Below are positions 16,792-26,160 of a stretch of 40,907 nucleotides of DNA, one piece after another (positions within the stretch are counted from its first letter, which is position 1; each line of letters begins with the position of its first letter). Source of the stretch: Spirochaetaceae bacterium. Lineage in GTDB: Bacteria > Spirochaetota > Spirochaetia > PWKH01. The translations under genes and the position numbers were made by a program. The stretch lies in assembly GCA_003557605.1 (NCBI GenBank), contig PWNW01000380.1, positions 1 to 40,907 on the forward strand, in the 5' to 3' direction. Under the pieces are notes generated by a model. It saw only the letters and a program-made list of their open reading frames with translations, made no database searches and had not been told where the DNA came from.

Positions 16792-17608
16792 AGATCATCC
16801 GGTTTCCATCGGCATTCTCGTGCGTGGGGACCTGGCAGAATCCTGGGATCTTGTAGAGGGCATGAAGACAGCATGCCCCGACATGCCGGTGCTGCTGTGC
16901 TGCATTACCGGGGCCGGAGATGCTTCAAGGAGCGAACTCCACCGGTTTCGTTCAGCTGCTCTGATTGAATCCCATACTCCAATTTCTCCCGGTGAGGGAG
17001 TAAATGAGATTATGTCACGAAGTACATCTGAAAAGACGGTGATCATCTGGTCCGACATGACTGATGTTTCTGATTCTCTATGTAACGATCCCCCCCATGA
17101 AGATGCTCTTTGCGTTACTCCTCTTTTGAAGGACTCATCTGAAAAATATCTTCCCCGGGTGATGGTTCCCTATTATGCAGGCACCTATCTTCGTTTTGCC
17201 GCACTGGAGGAGGGGAGGCATTCGGTGATGCCCTATGACTACGTCGGGTGCTACGATACACCGATGTTCAATGCACTTCAGGGATACTGTTCATCATTCA
17301 CCAATCCTTTCTGGCAGATCCTTGACTTCGGATGCAGGGCCTTTCTCTGGGGTCACAGCATTGTGCAGGATGATCTGCTGCAGATATCATACCGGAGGAA
17401 GGCCCCGGTATATGATCAGAGCAAGGATGAGGACTACATTCGGTGGTACCGAAGAAACTGCACGGTGGTGCGCAAAAGGGGAGTGCTTATGAGAAAACGG
17501 GTATTCCTTCATCAGCGGGCTGCTGAAGAACAGGTATGGCTGAAACAGAACATGCACCGGTTTATGAGAAGTATGGAGGAGGTAATCAACGGATGGGAGC
17601 GTGGATAA
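16754..17608 (+). CDS. Hypothetical protein with weak glycosyltransferase family 2 (GT-A)-like features
   Basis: The ORF is open from TTG 16736; ATG 16754 was chosen. VSIGILV...GEGVNEIMSRSTSEKTVIIWSDM and FNALQGYCSSF...ILDFGCRAFLWGHSIV resemble GT2 core segments. It overlaps the proB 3' end and the amidase 5' end. Confidence 0.45.
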   Translation: MFRITKSSGTYYEDHPVSIGILVRGDLAESWDLVEGMKTACPDMPVLLCCITGAGDASRSELHRFRSAALIESHTPISPGEGVNEIMSRSTSEKTVIIWSDMTDVSDSLCNDPPHEDALCVTPLLKDSSEKYLPRVMVPYYAGTYLRFAALEEGRHSVMPYDYVGCYDTPMFNALQGYCSSFTNPFWQILDFGCRAFLWGHSIVQDDLLQISYRRKAPVYDQSKDEDYIRWYRRNCTVVRKRGVLMRKRVFLHQRAAEEQVWLKQNMHRFMRSMEEVINGWERG

Positions 17609-18375
17609 AGGGTATTCTTCTGATGCTTGGAATCAGCTTTCAGCTGATCTATGGTTCTCCGACGCTGTCAAAACCTGCCGGTCCCTATACATTTCTGCTT
17701 CCTCCAGGTGCGGTCATTATTGATCCCGGACATGGAGGCAGGGATCCGGGTGCAGTTGTCAGTCACCAAGGCTCTGAGGTATTTGAAAAAGATATAGTCC
17801 TTGCCGCATCCTTGATGCTGAGGGAATATCTGCAGCAGCAGATGCCTCATATCGAGGTGCATATGACCAGGGATAATGACAACTATTTCACCCTGCAGCA
17901 GCGGACGCAGCAGGCAAATTCGGTGATACCCCCAGAGGGTACATCCCGGGTATTCATTTCCATACATGCAAATGCGGCGCCCGCAGGCTCTGCGGCGGGT
18001 TTTGAAGTATGGAGATATCCGGGAAGAAAAGTACAGAGATTTCTCACTTCCGAGGTAAAGGACCCCTATTTTGAGGGTCTCACTGATTCTTTTAACCTGC
18101 TGCTGCAGCAGGAACTGGAGCATGCAGATTCACTGCTTGCAGAATCAATGCATGCTGAACTGGCACGGAGTCTTGAAGGAATAACCCCTGATCGTGGCAT
18201 CCGGGAAGAGAATTTTTATGTGCTTCGGTTTGCTCGAATGCCCGCGGTGCTCATTGAGATGGGATTTATGACGAATCCGGAGGAACTTGAGATGCTCCTG
18301 GATGAGCAGCATCTGGAAGCGATTGTACGGGCTGTAGGGGATGCGCTTCAAAGGTTTTCGGAGTCTCTCCCATAG
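17593..18375 (+). CDS. N-acetylmuramoyl-L-alanine amidase (Amidase_3 family)
   Basis: The start is set at ATG 17593, after GGAGGAGG, giving the signal-like MGAWIKGILLMLGISFQLIYG. Motifs IIDPGHGGRDPGAV, FISIHANA and PAVLIEMGFMTNPEE are present. Confidence 0.85.
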   Translation: MGAWIKGILLMLGISFQLIYGSPTLSKPAGPYTFLLPPGAVIIDPGHGGRDPGAVVSHQGSEVFEKDIVLAASLMLREYLQQQMPHIEVHMTRDNDNYFTLQQRTQQANSVIPPEGTSRVFISIHANAAPAGSAAGFEVWRYPGRKVQRFLTSEVKDPYFEGLTDSFNLLLQQELEHADSLLAESMHAELARSLEGITPDRGIREENFYVLRFARMPAVLIEMGFMTNPEELEMLLDEQHLEAIVRAVGDALQRFSESLP

Positions 18376-19814
18376 GAGTTCATAGTTTTTCTGAATTCTG
18401 AAACCATATGGGTCTTCAGCTGCATCAGCTCATCTGATATGGATACTTTATATATATGGGGATTGATGATTCTCCGGTATGAGGGATCAAGGGTATCCAG
18501 CTGCTCTTCAGCATACTTTCTGATATCCTGAAGGTTCTCAGGTGATGCTGAAGGTTCTCCCTGCACCATAACAGGTTCAAGCAGCGCTTTCATATGAGTA
18601 AAGTTTCCCTGACGAAGATGAAAAAAATCCTGGTCCACCGTCGGGTGGTTGAACCGGAAAACAGACCCTGGGTCCATCTGCTCATGATCTAGGACAGTCA
18701 AGTCTGCCAGCGCCTCATTCCCGCGGTAAAACCGGTACACCTGCTTGATGCCGGGATTAGTGGATTTTTCCAGGTTGTTTGAAATTTTCATGGTAGGCAT
18801 ATAGGAGCCGTTGGTATATCTGGCGCAGAGTTTGTAGACTCCGTTCATAGCAGCTTGGTTTCCTCCTGTGACCAGGGCCGTGCCGACGCCCCAGGAATTC
18901 ACAGGAGCGTCATCGGATACCAGCTGATGGATAATCTCTTCGTTCAAGTCATTGGAAACCGTAATTAACGCATCTTCAAGTCCAGCTTCATCTAGGGCCT
19001 TGCGGACACGCTTGCTCAGGTAGCTTAAATCTCCGCTGTCGATACGCACACCTATTCGTTTCCCCGCATTTTTCAAGGCAAGCCCAACTTCAATTGCGTT
19101 GGGAAGCCCGGAATGGAGGGTGTCGTACGTGTCAATCAGGAGAATGCAGGTATCAGGATACATGCGTGCAAAGGCTTTGAAGGAATCCAGTTCGGAACTG
19201 AAGGACATGACCCATGAATGGGCCATGGTTCCCATTACCGGTATCCCGTACACCTTGCCGGCCATGGTGTTGGAGGTTCCTGCTGCTCCTCCGATGTATG
19301 AGGCCCTTGATGCTGAAAGAGCACCATTAAGTCCTTGGGCCCTCCTGAGACCGAATTCAAGAATGCTTCCCCTTCGGGATGCGCAGTAGACCCGGGAGGT
19401 TTTGGTAGCAATCAGAGTCTGGAAGTTAATGATGTTAAGAAGAAAGCTTTCAATCAGCTGGGCTTCAATCAGTGAGCCGTGCACCCTGATCAAGGGCTCT
19501 CCGGGAAAGACCGGAGTGCCCTCCCGGACTGCAAAGATGTCGCCGGTGAACCGAAATGACTTCAGGAATTGAAGAAATTCATCCCGAAATAGCCCCAGGC
19601 TTTTAAGATATGAAATATCTTCTTCACTGAATCTGAAGGAGGAGAGATGTTCTGTCAGTGTTCCCATACCTGCAAAAAGGGCATACCCGCTTTGAAAGGG
19701 CTGGGAACGGTAGAACATGTCGAATACCACCTGGGGATTGTTCTGCTCAAGAAAGTACCCCTGGATCATTGTCAGTTCATAGAAGTCTGCAGCAAGGCCC
19801 CAGGTCTGCTTCAC
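18348..19814 (-). CDS. pncB: Nicotinate phosphoribosyltransferase
   Basis: The 488-aa product has ADFYELTMIQGYF, EFGLRRAQG, GTSN and GTMAHSWV, typical of the long PncB form. Its start overlaps the serS stop as ATGA. Confidence 0.9.
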   Translation of the reverse strand: MKQTWGLAADFYELTMIQGYFLEQNNPQVVFDMFYRSQPFQSGYALFAGMGTLTEHLSSFRFSEEDISYLKSLGLFRDEFLQFLKSFRFTGDIFAVREGTPVFPGEPLIRVHGSLIEAQLIESFLLNIINFQTLIATKTSRVYCASRRGSILEFGLRRAQGLNGALSASRASYIGGAAGTSNTMAGKVYGIPVMGTMAHSWVMSFSSELDSFKAFARMYPDTCILLIDTYDTLHSGLPNAIEVGLALKNAGKRIGVRIDSGDLSYLSKRVRKALDEAGLEDALITVSNDLNEEIIHQLVSDDAPVNSWGVGTALVTGGNQAAMNGVYKLCARYTNGSYMPTMKISNNLEKSTNPGIKQVYRFYRGNEALADLTVLDHEQMDPGSVFRFNHPTVDQDFFHLRQGNFTHMKALLEPVMVQGEPSASPENLQDIRKYAEEQLDTLDPSYRRIINPHIYKVSISDELMQLKTHMVSEFRKTMNSYGRDSENL

Positions 19815-21088
19815 ATTCTGCTCCTGATCTCCGAAAACCCCGTATAGGGGACCAATGCTTCGGGGATGCGAATGCTGCCGTCTGCTCTCTGGTGGTTTTC
19901 CAGGATGGAGATGAATGCCCGTGAGACAGCTACAGCTGTTCCATTGAGGATATGTACATGCTCTGTAGATTCACCGGTTTTATACCGAATCTTCAAGTTC
20001 CTGGCCTGGTAGTCTGTACAGTTGGAGGCACTGGTGATTTCACCCCAGTCGCCATGCTCTCCTCGACCAGGCATCCATGCTTCCAGATCATACTTTCGGT
20101 AGGCTGGAGCGCCAAGGTCCCCGGTGCAGGTGTCAACCACGCGGTAGGGTATCTCCAGGGCCTGAAATATCTCCTCTTCAATGCCCAGCATCTGAAGATG
20201 CATCTCTTCGGACTGATACGGTTCGGTGAGGACCAGCATCTCCACCTTTGAGAACTGATGAACCCGGTAGAGTCCCTTTGAATACTGGCCCGCTGCTCCT
20301 GCCTCTTTTCTGAAGCAGTGGGAAATCCCCGCATATTTCAGCGGAAGTTTTTCACGGTCGATGATCTCCTGCGCATGATACCCCCCGAGGGTTATTTCTG
20401 CGGTTCCCACAAGACAGAGGTCCGTATGCTCTATGGTATAAATATTGCTCTCTTCTCCCCGGGGCTGAAATCCAATTCCTGCAGCGATGGACTGTTTTGC
20501 CATGTCAGGGGTCATCATCAGGGTGAACCCGTGGTTTCTCAGGATGTCAAGGGCAAAACGCTGCAGAGCAAGTTCAAGAATTACCGCTTCATGTTTAAAG
20601 TAGTAGAATTTCGTACCCGTCACCTTTACGGCGGATTCAAAATCGAGAAGATCAAGTTCCTTTGCCAGTTCCATATGGTCCTTTGGGGTAAAATCAAAGG
20701 CACGGGGTTTGCCGAACCGTTTTATTTCCAGGTTGTCCTTTTCCTCCCTGCCTACCGGTGCATCTGGATGGGCATAATTCGGTATCCTTGATGCCAGGGC
20801 ATAGAATTTCTGCTGGATATCTTCAAGGGCCTCTTCTGATTCAGATATCTTCTGCTTCAGGGACTTACCCTCTTCAATCAGCTCCTGCCGTGCTTCTGAA
20901 GAGAGTTTCTGCTTCATCTTGCGGCTGTTTTCATTGCGCCTGCTTCGTAATTCTTCCGTATGCTGTATCAGCTCGCTGCGTTTTTTCTGGAATTCCAGAA
21001 CTGCATCAATGTCAACATTCATGAAACGGTTTGCAATATTCCGGGATATTTCATCATAGCGCTGGTCAAGTTCCCTCAAGTCAATCAT
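19811..21088 (-). CDS. serS: Seryl-tRNA synthetase
   Basis: A coiled-coil N-terminal arm is followed by class II motifs: FRKEAGAAG, RVHQFSKVEM and GTAVAVSRAFISILEN. Confidence 0.95.
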   Translation of the reverse strand: MIDLRELDQRYDEISRNIANRFMNVDIDAVLEFQKKRSELIQHTEELRSRRNENSRKMKQKLSSEARQELIEEGKSLKQKISESEEALEDIQQKFYALASRIPNYAHPDAPVGREEKDNLEIKRFGKPRAFDFTPKDHMELAKELDLLDFESAVKVTGTKFYYFKHEAVILELALQRFALDILRNHGFTLMMTPDMAKQSIAAGIGFQPRGEESNIYTIEHTDLCLVGTAEITLGGYHAQEIIDREKLPLKYAGISHCFRKEAGAAGQYSKGLYRVHQFSKVEMLVLTEPYQSEEMHLQMLGIEEEIFQALEIPYRVVDTCTGDLGAPAYRKYDLEAWMPGRGEHGDWGEITSASNCTDYQARNLKIRYKTGESTEHVHILNGTAVAVSRAFISILENHQRADGSIRIPEALVPYTGFSEIRSRM

Positions 21089-21096
21089 TTTTTACC

Positions 21097-21870
21097 TCAT
21101 GACAGCATTGTGTTTGATGTATCTGCTGCGGCAGACACCGCATTCATTACCGCTGCGGTGAATCCGCCTGATTCCAGGGCATGGATCCCTTCAATTGTTG
21201 TACCTCCCGGGGAGGTAACCATAGTGAGGGCCTCGGAAGGGAGCTTGCCGGTCTGCTCAAGGACTGCAAGCGCACCGTGCATTGTCTGCTGTGCCAGCAC
21301 AAGGGACTGGGCATAGGTGAGCCCCTTTCTTGTTCCTCCCAATGCCAGGGCATGGATAAACTGGAAGATGAAGGCTATCCCGGACCCCGATACTCCGATA
21401 AAGGGAGAAATCTGGTGTTCGGGAATCTTCACGGCGAATCCTGCGGCATCCGCAATTTCCACTGCGTCATCGCAGAAGGAGGGAGGGGCATCCTCATCCC
21501 AGGATACCGCAGTAGGGGAGGCGCAGGCCAGCGCTGCAATTGTGGGCATGAACCGTACCACTTCACTGGTCTGAAGTATCTCTTTCAGCCTGCTGAGGGT
21601 AACCCCGGCAGCAAGGGAAATGTACTTGCCCTTGGGCAGTGATGCTGCAACATTCTCCATGAGCTGGGGTTTCACCGCAAGGATGGTGATATCGCTTTTT
21701 TCGGCAGCTTCAGCCGGAGAGCTGCAGATCTGCACTTCCAGTCCCTTGGTCTTTTCTGCATCGGGTTCATAGACATACACTGAAACATCAGGGAATCTGT
21801 TCTGCAGTGCCTTGAGAAAGGCTCCTCCCATATTGCCGCATCCGATAATGCCGATAGATCTGCATGTCAT
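21097..21870 (-). CDS. proC: Pyrroline-5-carboxylate reductase
   Basis: IGIIGCGNMGGA marks the Rossmann fold, and the C-terminal VTSPGGTTIEGIHALE motif is present. Confidence 0.9.
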   Translation of the reverse strand: MTCRSIGIIGCGNMGGAFLKALQNRFPDVSVYVYEPDAEKTKGLEVQICSSPAEAAEKSDITILAVKPQLMENVAASLPKGKYISLAAGVTLSRLKEILQTSEVVRFMPTIAALACASPTAVSWDEDAPPSFCDDAVEIADAAGFAVKIPEHQISPFIGVSGSGIAFIFQFIHALALGGTRKGLTYAQSLVLAQQTMHGALAVLEQTGKLPSEALTMVTSPGGTTIEGIHALESGGFTAAVMNAVSAAADTSNTMLS

Positions 21871-22370
21871 TGCATCACCTCCTGTTTCAATGATCCCTTC
21901 ATAGTAAGATTCGGAAAACCAAGTCTTCGCAGCAGATCATAGAGTACCACCGCCGCAGAATTTGCCAGGTTCAAAGAGCGGGCTCCCGGGGCCATAGGTA
22001 TTCGTGCTGCAAAGTCCATTTTTTGAAAAATAAGGCTTTCCGGCAGTCCCTTTGTCTCCTTTCCAAAGAGAAGAAACACGTCACTTCCCTCAGGAAGGGG
22101 TATATCGCTGTACACCTGTGATGCTTTTGTGGAAAAAAGGCGAAGGTCCTTATCTCCATGGATATCTAAAAACGCATCTAAGGACTTATGTACATGAAGT
22201 ATCACATCATCCCAGTAGTCAAGTCCGGCACGACGGACCTCCCTGCTGCTGACGGAAAACCCAAGGGGTTCAACCAGGTGCAGCTGCGCTCCGACAGCTG
22301 CGCAGGTACGGGCAATATTACCGGTATTCTGGGGAATTTCAGGTTCCACGAGGACCACATGTATCCGCAT
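21867..22370 (-). CDS. trmL: SpoU/TrmL-type tRNA 2'-O-ribose methyltransferase
   Basis: The 167-aa product has VVLVEPEIPQNTGNIARTCAA, LLFGKETKGLP and SLNLANSAAVVLYD. Confidence 0.82.
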   Translation of the reverse strand: MRIHVVLVEPEIPQNTGNIARTCAAVGAQLHLVEPLGFSVSSREVRRAGLDYWDDVILHVHKSLDAFLDIHGDKDLRLFSTKASQVYSDIPLPEGSDVFLLFGKETKGLPESLIFQKMDFAARIPMAPGARSLNLANSAAVVLYDLLRRLGFPNLTMKGSLKQEVMQ

Positions 22371-22383
22371 AGTGCATCATAGC

Positions 22384-23574
22384 CTATTTCGAAGGTTTTT
22401 CAAACCCTCTGATAAGATCAGATGCCTTGCCGACTCCTTTTCCATGCTTTCTCAGTTTGTACACAGCCTGTTCAACCGACTGCTTTTTCAGGTCAAGCTC
22501 CTGGTCTTCAAAGAGGGACTTCTGGAATGCATCCTGTGAAGGAGCAAGGGAACCGATGCCGGCTCCAAGCAGCCGTACTGCGGCATGACCGTCCCACCGC
22601 TTTATCAGCAGGTCCCGTGCATGGCTGTACAGCTGTTCTGCATGGAGAATCGGACGGTCCAGGGTCATCTGGGCGGTGGTGGACTGAAATGTGGAATACT
22701 TGATCTTGATGAATACCCGATATCCTGTTACCCCTTCATCCATGGCACGGAACATCACCTGATGACACAGCCGAAGAAGATGCCGGCACAGCAGTTCCCC
22801 CTCTGTGATATCCTCCAGAAAGGTCTGTTCATTGCTGATTGATCCAGCTGACTGGCGTTCTTCCAGAATGCCTGGATCAATGCCCCTGACTGCGTTATAG
22901 AGGTATGCCCCGAGGCTCTCGCCGGCAATTCGCTGCAGGGAAGGCTGAGACATTTCCCGAATGCGTTTCGGGCTGTGGAGCCCAAGGGAGCGGAGCATTT
23001 CACGGGTCTTTTTTCCCACCCCCCAGAGTTTATCTAATCCAAGGCAGTCAATAAACAGTATCTCTGATCCAGGATGCACCTGATAGAGACCGTCGGGTTT
23101 TTTAAAGTCTGAAGCCATTTTTGCTATGAACTTCGACGGGCCGATTCCCACTGAGATGGTAAGCCCCAGCTGACTGCGAATGATCTTTTTCAGAGCAGCT
23201 CCTGCATCCATCGGATCACCGTAGAGACGCTGGGTTCCGGTCATATGGAGAAATGCTTCATCAATGGAAATCTGGTGCACCTTGGGAGCAAACTCCGCTA
23301 GAATCTCCATTACACATCGGCTTATTTCTTCATACCGCTTCATCCTGCCGGAAAGAAACACCCCCTCCGGGCAGAGCCTGAGGGCCTGAAACATCGGCAT
23401 AGCAGAATGCACTCCGAATTTCCGTGCCTCATATGAACAGGCTGACACAACTCCCCGTTCACCAACTTGACCTCCCACAATGACAGGTTTTCCCTTCAGC
23501 TCAGGGTTGTCAAGCTGCTCTACAGAGGCATAGAAGGCGTCCATATCGACATGGAATATTAGATCAGGATTCAT
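22384..23574 (-). CDS. dinB: DNA polymerase IV (Y-family)
   Basis: The start is reset to ATG 23574, after GGAGAAGG, giving MNPDLIFHVDMDAFYASVEQ. SIDEAFL and a GVGKKT helix-hairpin-helix region are present. It overlaps the ddl 3' end by 11 nt. Confidence 0.9.
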   Translation of the reverse strand: MNPDLIFHVDMDAFYASVEQLDNPELKGKPVIVGGQVGERGVVSACSYEARKFGVHSAMPMFQALRLCPEGVFLSGRMKRYEEISRCVMEILAEFAPKVHQISIDEAFLHMTGTQRLYGDPMDAGAALKKIIRSQLGLTISVGIGPSKFIAKMASDFKKPDGLYQVHPGSEILFIDCLGLDKLWGVGKKTREMLRSLGLHSPKRIREMSQPSLQRIAGESLGAYLYNAVRGIDPGILEERQSAGSISNEQTFLEDITEGELLCRHLLRLCHQVMFRAMDEGVTGYRVFIKIKYSTFQSTTAQMTLDRPILHAEQLYSHARDLLIKRWDGHAAVRLLGAGIGSLAPSQDAFQKSLFEDQELDLKKQSVEQAVYKLRKHGKGVGKASDLIRGFEKPSK

Positions 23575-24604
23575 GTCCTTCTCCGGGATCGAAAAACCGG
23601 CAGATTGATCGGTGCTTCTCATACTTGTACAGCGATGCCTGGATAAGATCGTCAAGGAGAGCTTTGTATTCTTTTCCTGTATGCTTCCACAGCTTCGGGT
23701 ACATGCTTCCTGCGGTCATTCCTGGGGAGGTGTTGACTTCATTAAATACTGCAGTATCCTCAGCAGGGTTATAGAGAAAGTCAATTCTGCCGTAGAGGGG
23801 AAAGGAGAGCGCTTCCAGCAGCTTTCCAATATATGAGTAGATGTTCCGTTGAAGGGCTTCTCCGGCAGAGGAGGGGATCACATAGCGGGTGTTCTGTGAT
23901 TCAATATATTTGATCCTGTAGCTGTGCACCAGTCCGGGAGAGTGAATTTCACCGAGGCAGGATAATGAAAGCCCATCTTTTTCTGACATCCATGCGCATT
24001 GGATTTCATATCCAGGTATAGTCTGTTCCACCAGTATTCTCTCATCATAGAGAAATGCGTTTTCCAGTGCCCCGGGTAGGTCTTCCGGTCCGTCAGCACG
24101 AGAAACGCCGATGGAGGACCCGCACCTGTCCGGCTTGATAAACAGCGGATAGCCGAAGGAATTCTCCTGGGTCAGGGATTCTCCCTTCCTCAGCATCAGT
24201 GATGGTGCGGTTGGAATGTCCAGGGACCGGCACAGCTGTTTTGCCAGGTACTTGGACATTCCAAGGGCACTGGATTCAATTGAGCAGGTCACAGCGGGAA
24301 GAGGAAGGGATGCCAGCAGTCCCTGCATGCCGCCGTCCTCACCGAAGGACCCGTGAATCACCGGCAATACCACATCACAGGGAACAGGGTCAGTTCCGCA
24401 GAAAAAACCCTTTCCCGGTATAACAGAAACTTCACGGCTGGTGTCGATGCAGTCACCAACTGTGTCCTGCAGATACCAGCACCCGTTCTCTGAAACCCCG
24501 ATGAGTATGACATTCCCAGTAAGGTGTTCTGCCGTATGTCTTGCAGACCCTGCAGAAACTTGGTGTTCCGGAGTTTCTCCGCCGTATATAAGTGCAATGT
24601 TCAT
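23564..24604 (-). CDS. ddl: D-alanine--D-alanine ligase
   Basis: The start is set at ATG 24604, giving MNIALIYGGETPEHQVS. HGSFGEDGGMQGLL and an ATP-grasp C-terminus (EVNTSPGMT) are present. Confidence 0.9.
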   Translation of the reverse strand: MNIALIYGGETPEHQVSAGSARHTAEHLTGNVILIGVSENGCWYLQDTVGDCIDTSREVSVIPGKGFFCGTDPVPCDVVLPVIHGSFGEDGGMQGLLASLPLPAVTCSIESSALGMSKYLAKQLCRSLDIPTAPSLMLRKGESLTQENSFGYPLFIKPDRCGSSIGVSRADGPEDLPGALENAFLYDERILVEQTIPGYEIQCAWMSEKDGLSLSCLGEIHSPGLVHSYRIKYIESQNTRYVIPSSAGEALQRNIYSYIGKLLEALSFPLYGRIDFLYNPAEDTAVFNEVNTSPGMTAGSMYPKLWKHTGKEYKALLDDLIQASLYKYEKHRSICRFFDPGEGHES

Positions 24605-24615
24605 GATTCGGTATC

Positions 24616-26091
24616 CTACACCCATTTCATGTGATCTGCAATACGCAGTACCGTCAGGCGGTCGCTGCAGTGACGAATGCCGTCACGGCTGCGAAGCACT
24701 GCTTCATGGCCCTTTCCGAGCATCAGGAGGGTGTCTCCTGGATTCATTCGGGACATGGCGAAGGCTGCCGCTGTTTCACGTCGGGAAAAAACAAACAAGG
24801 TCTTTCCGGGTATTTTTCCGGTAATGCCGAACAGCAGGTCTAAAAAAATCTTACGAGGATCTTCACCAAAGGGGTCCTCTTCTGTAATGATGATCACATC
24901 AGCATGGGAATCAGCAATAGATGCCATCAACGGCCGCTTCCCTGTGTCACGGGACCCTGCGGCTCCGAACAAAGCGATCACCTTGCCCGACGGACGACTG
25001 AAGGATGAAAAGGCCGTTTGAAATCCCAGGGGATTATGGGCATAGTCAATGACCACACGCCTGCTGCCGGGAAAATCAAGCACCTCGCCGCGTCCAGGTA
25101 CGGAGCATTCAAATGTGCTCAAGTCAATGGAACGTTGATCTTCAGGAATCAGGTCCCATATGCATGCTAGGGCAAGCAGCAGGTTATTTTGAAGAAAACT
25201 CTGCACATCAGGCAGTTGCACTGACAGGGTTCTGTCGGGCTCTGAAAGGAGCCATTCATTCATGGATATGGGTTCTGCATTGATGAAACCGGGCTGTTTG
25301 TTTCCTTCACGGAATGAGAGCGTACGAAGACGGCGGTTTGCCAGGTGTTCAGCATATGTACTGCTGTTTATACAGGTGATAGGTGCATCCCTGACTGCTA
25401 GGTCGCTCATATGAAGCTTTGTGAGCAGATAACTTTGCTGATCACCGTGAAAATCAAGATGATCACGTCCAAAGGGAGTGAAGAGGCATCTGGAAAGCAC
25501 AAGGTCCTCAACTCTGCATGTCCTTTGTGATAACGCATGGGAGGTAATTTCTATGACTGCATGGGTGCATCCTGCGTCAGAAAATTCCTTGAGCATCCTG
25601 TGCAGAACTGAGGCTTCCGGGGTTGATAGACCGCTGCCGGAAAGTGTCAATTCAGATTCTGTACCGTTCCAGTACCCGCTGATAATTCCGCAGCGGTATC
25701 CCAGCATATTCAGAAGCTGAAAGATCATCCAGCATGAGGTTGTTTTTCCGTTGGTGCCTGTTACCCCGATGCAGTGCAGTGATGCTGAAGGATTATCGTA
25801 AAAACGGGAGCATGCCTTGGAATACATGGTCCTGGTGTTCTCACAGCGGATGTATGCAGCATGCGGGGAAGGAAGGGGTGGCGGGGAGGAGTGCACTACA
25901 GCCCGTGCCCCCCTCTGCACTGCCTGGTCAATCCAGAGATGCCCGTCGGTGTTCTGCCCTTGAAGGGCGAAGAACATCTCTCCCCCGGTTATGTTCCGTG
26001 AGTCTGAGCACACACCTGAAACCTTGATATGTGCGGATTCAGATGGTAAAGTATTGATGAGCTCAGGAAGCAGTTCTCCAATCGTTTTCAC
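24616..26091 (-). CDS. murE: UDP-N-acetylmuramoyl-tripeptide synthetase (MurE-type Mur ligase)
   Basis: GTG start. Motifs CSDSRNITGGEMFFALQG, GVTGTNGKTT and VIDYAHNP (MurE-like rather than the DAYNANP of MurF). TEEDPFGEDP occupies the position of the DNPR motif. Confidence 0.78.
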   Translation of the reverse strand: MKTIGELLPELINTLPSESAHIKVSGVCSDSRNITGGEMFFALQGQNTDGHLWIDQAVQRGARAVVHSSPPPLPSPHAAYIRCENTRTMYSKACSRFYDNPSASLHCIGVTGTNGKTTSCWMIFQLLNMLGYRCGIISGYWNGTESELTLSGSGLSTPEASVLHRMLKEFSDAGCTHAVIEITSHALSQRTCRVEDLVLSRCLFTPFGRDHLDFHGDQQSYLLTKLHMSDLAVRDAPITCINSSTYAEHLANRRLRTLSFREGNKQPGFINAEPISMNEWLLSEPDRTLSVQLPDVQSFLQNNLLLALACIWDLIPEDQRSIDLSTFECSVPGRGEVLDFPGSRRVVIDYAHNPLGFQTAFSSFSRPSGKVIALFGAAGSRDTGKRPLMASIADSHADVIIITEEDPFGEDPRKIFLDLLFGITGKIPGKTLFVFSRRETAAAFAMSRMNPGDTLLMLGKGHEAVLRSRDGIRHCSDRLTVLRIADHMKWV

Positions 26092-26103
26092 AGTCGAAGT
26101 ATA

Positions 26104-26141
26104 CCATAAAACAAACGCTCCGTGTCATCCACGGAGCGTTT
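26104..26141 (-). terminator. Rho-independent terminator-like hairpin after hflC
   Basis: The minus strand reads AAACGCTCCGTG-gatga-CACGGAGCGTTT followed by GTTTTAT. The 12-bp stem is perfect (26113-26141). Confidence 0.6.
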
Positions 26142-26160
26142 GATCCACCAGCTTAAGGGG

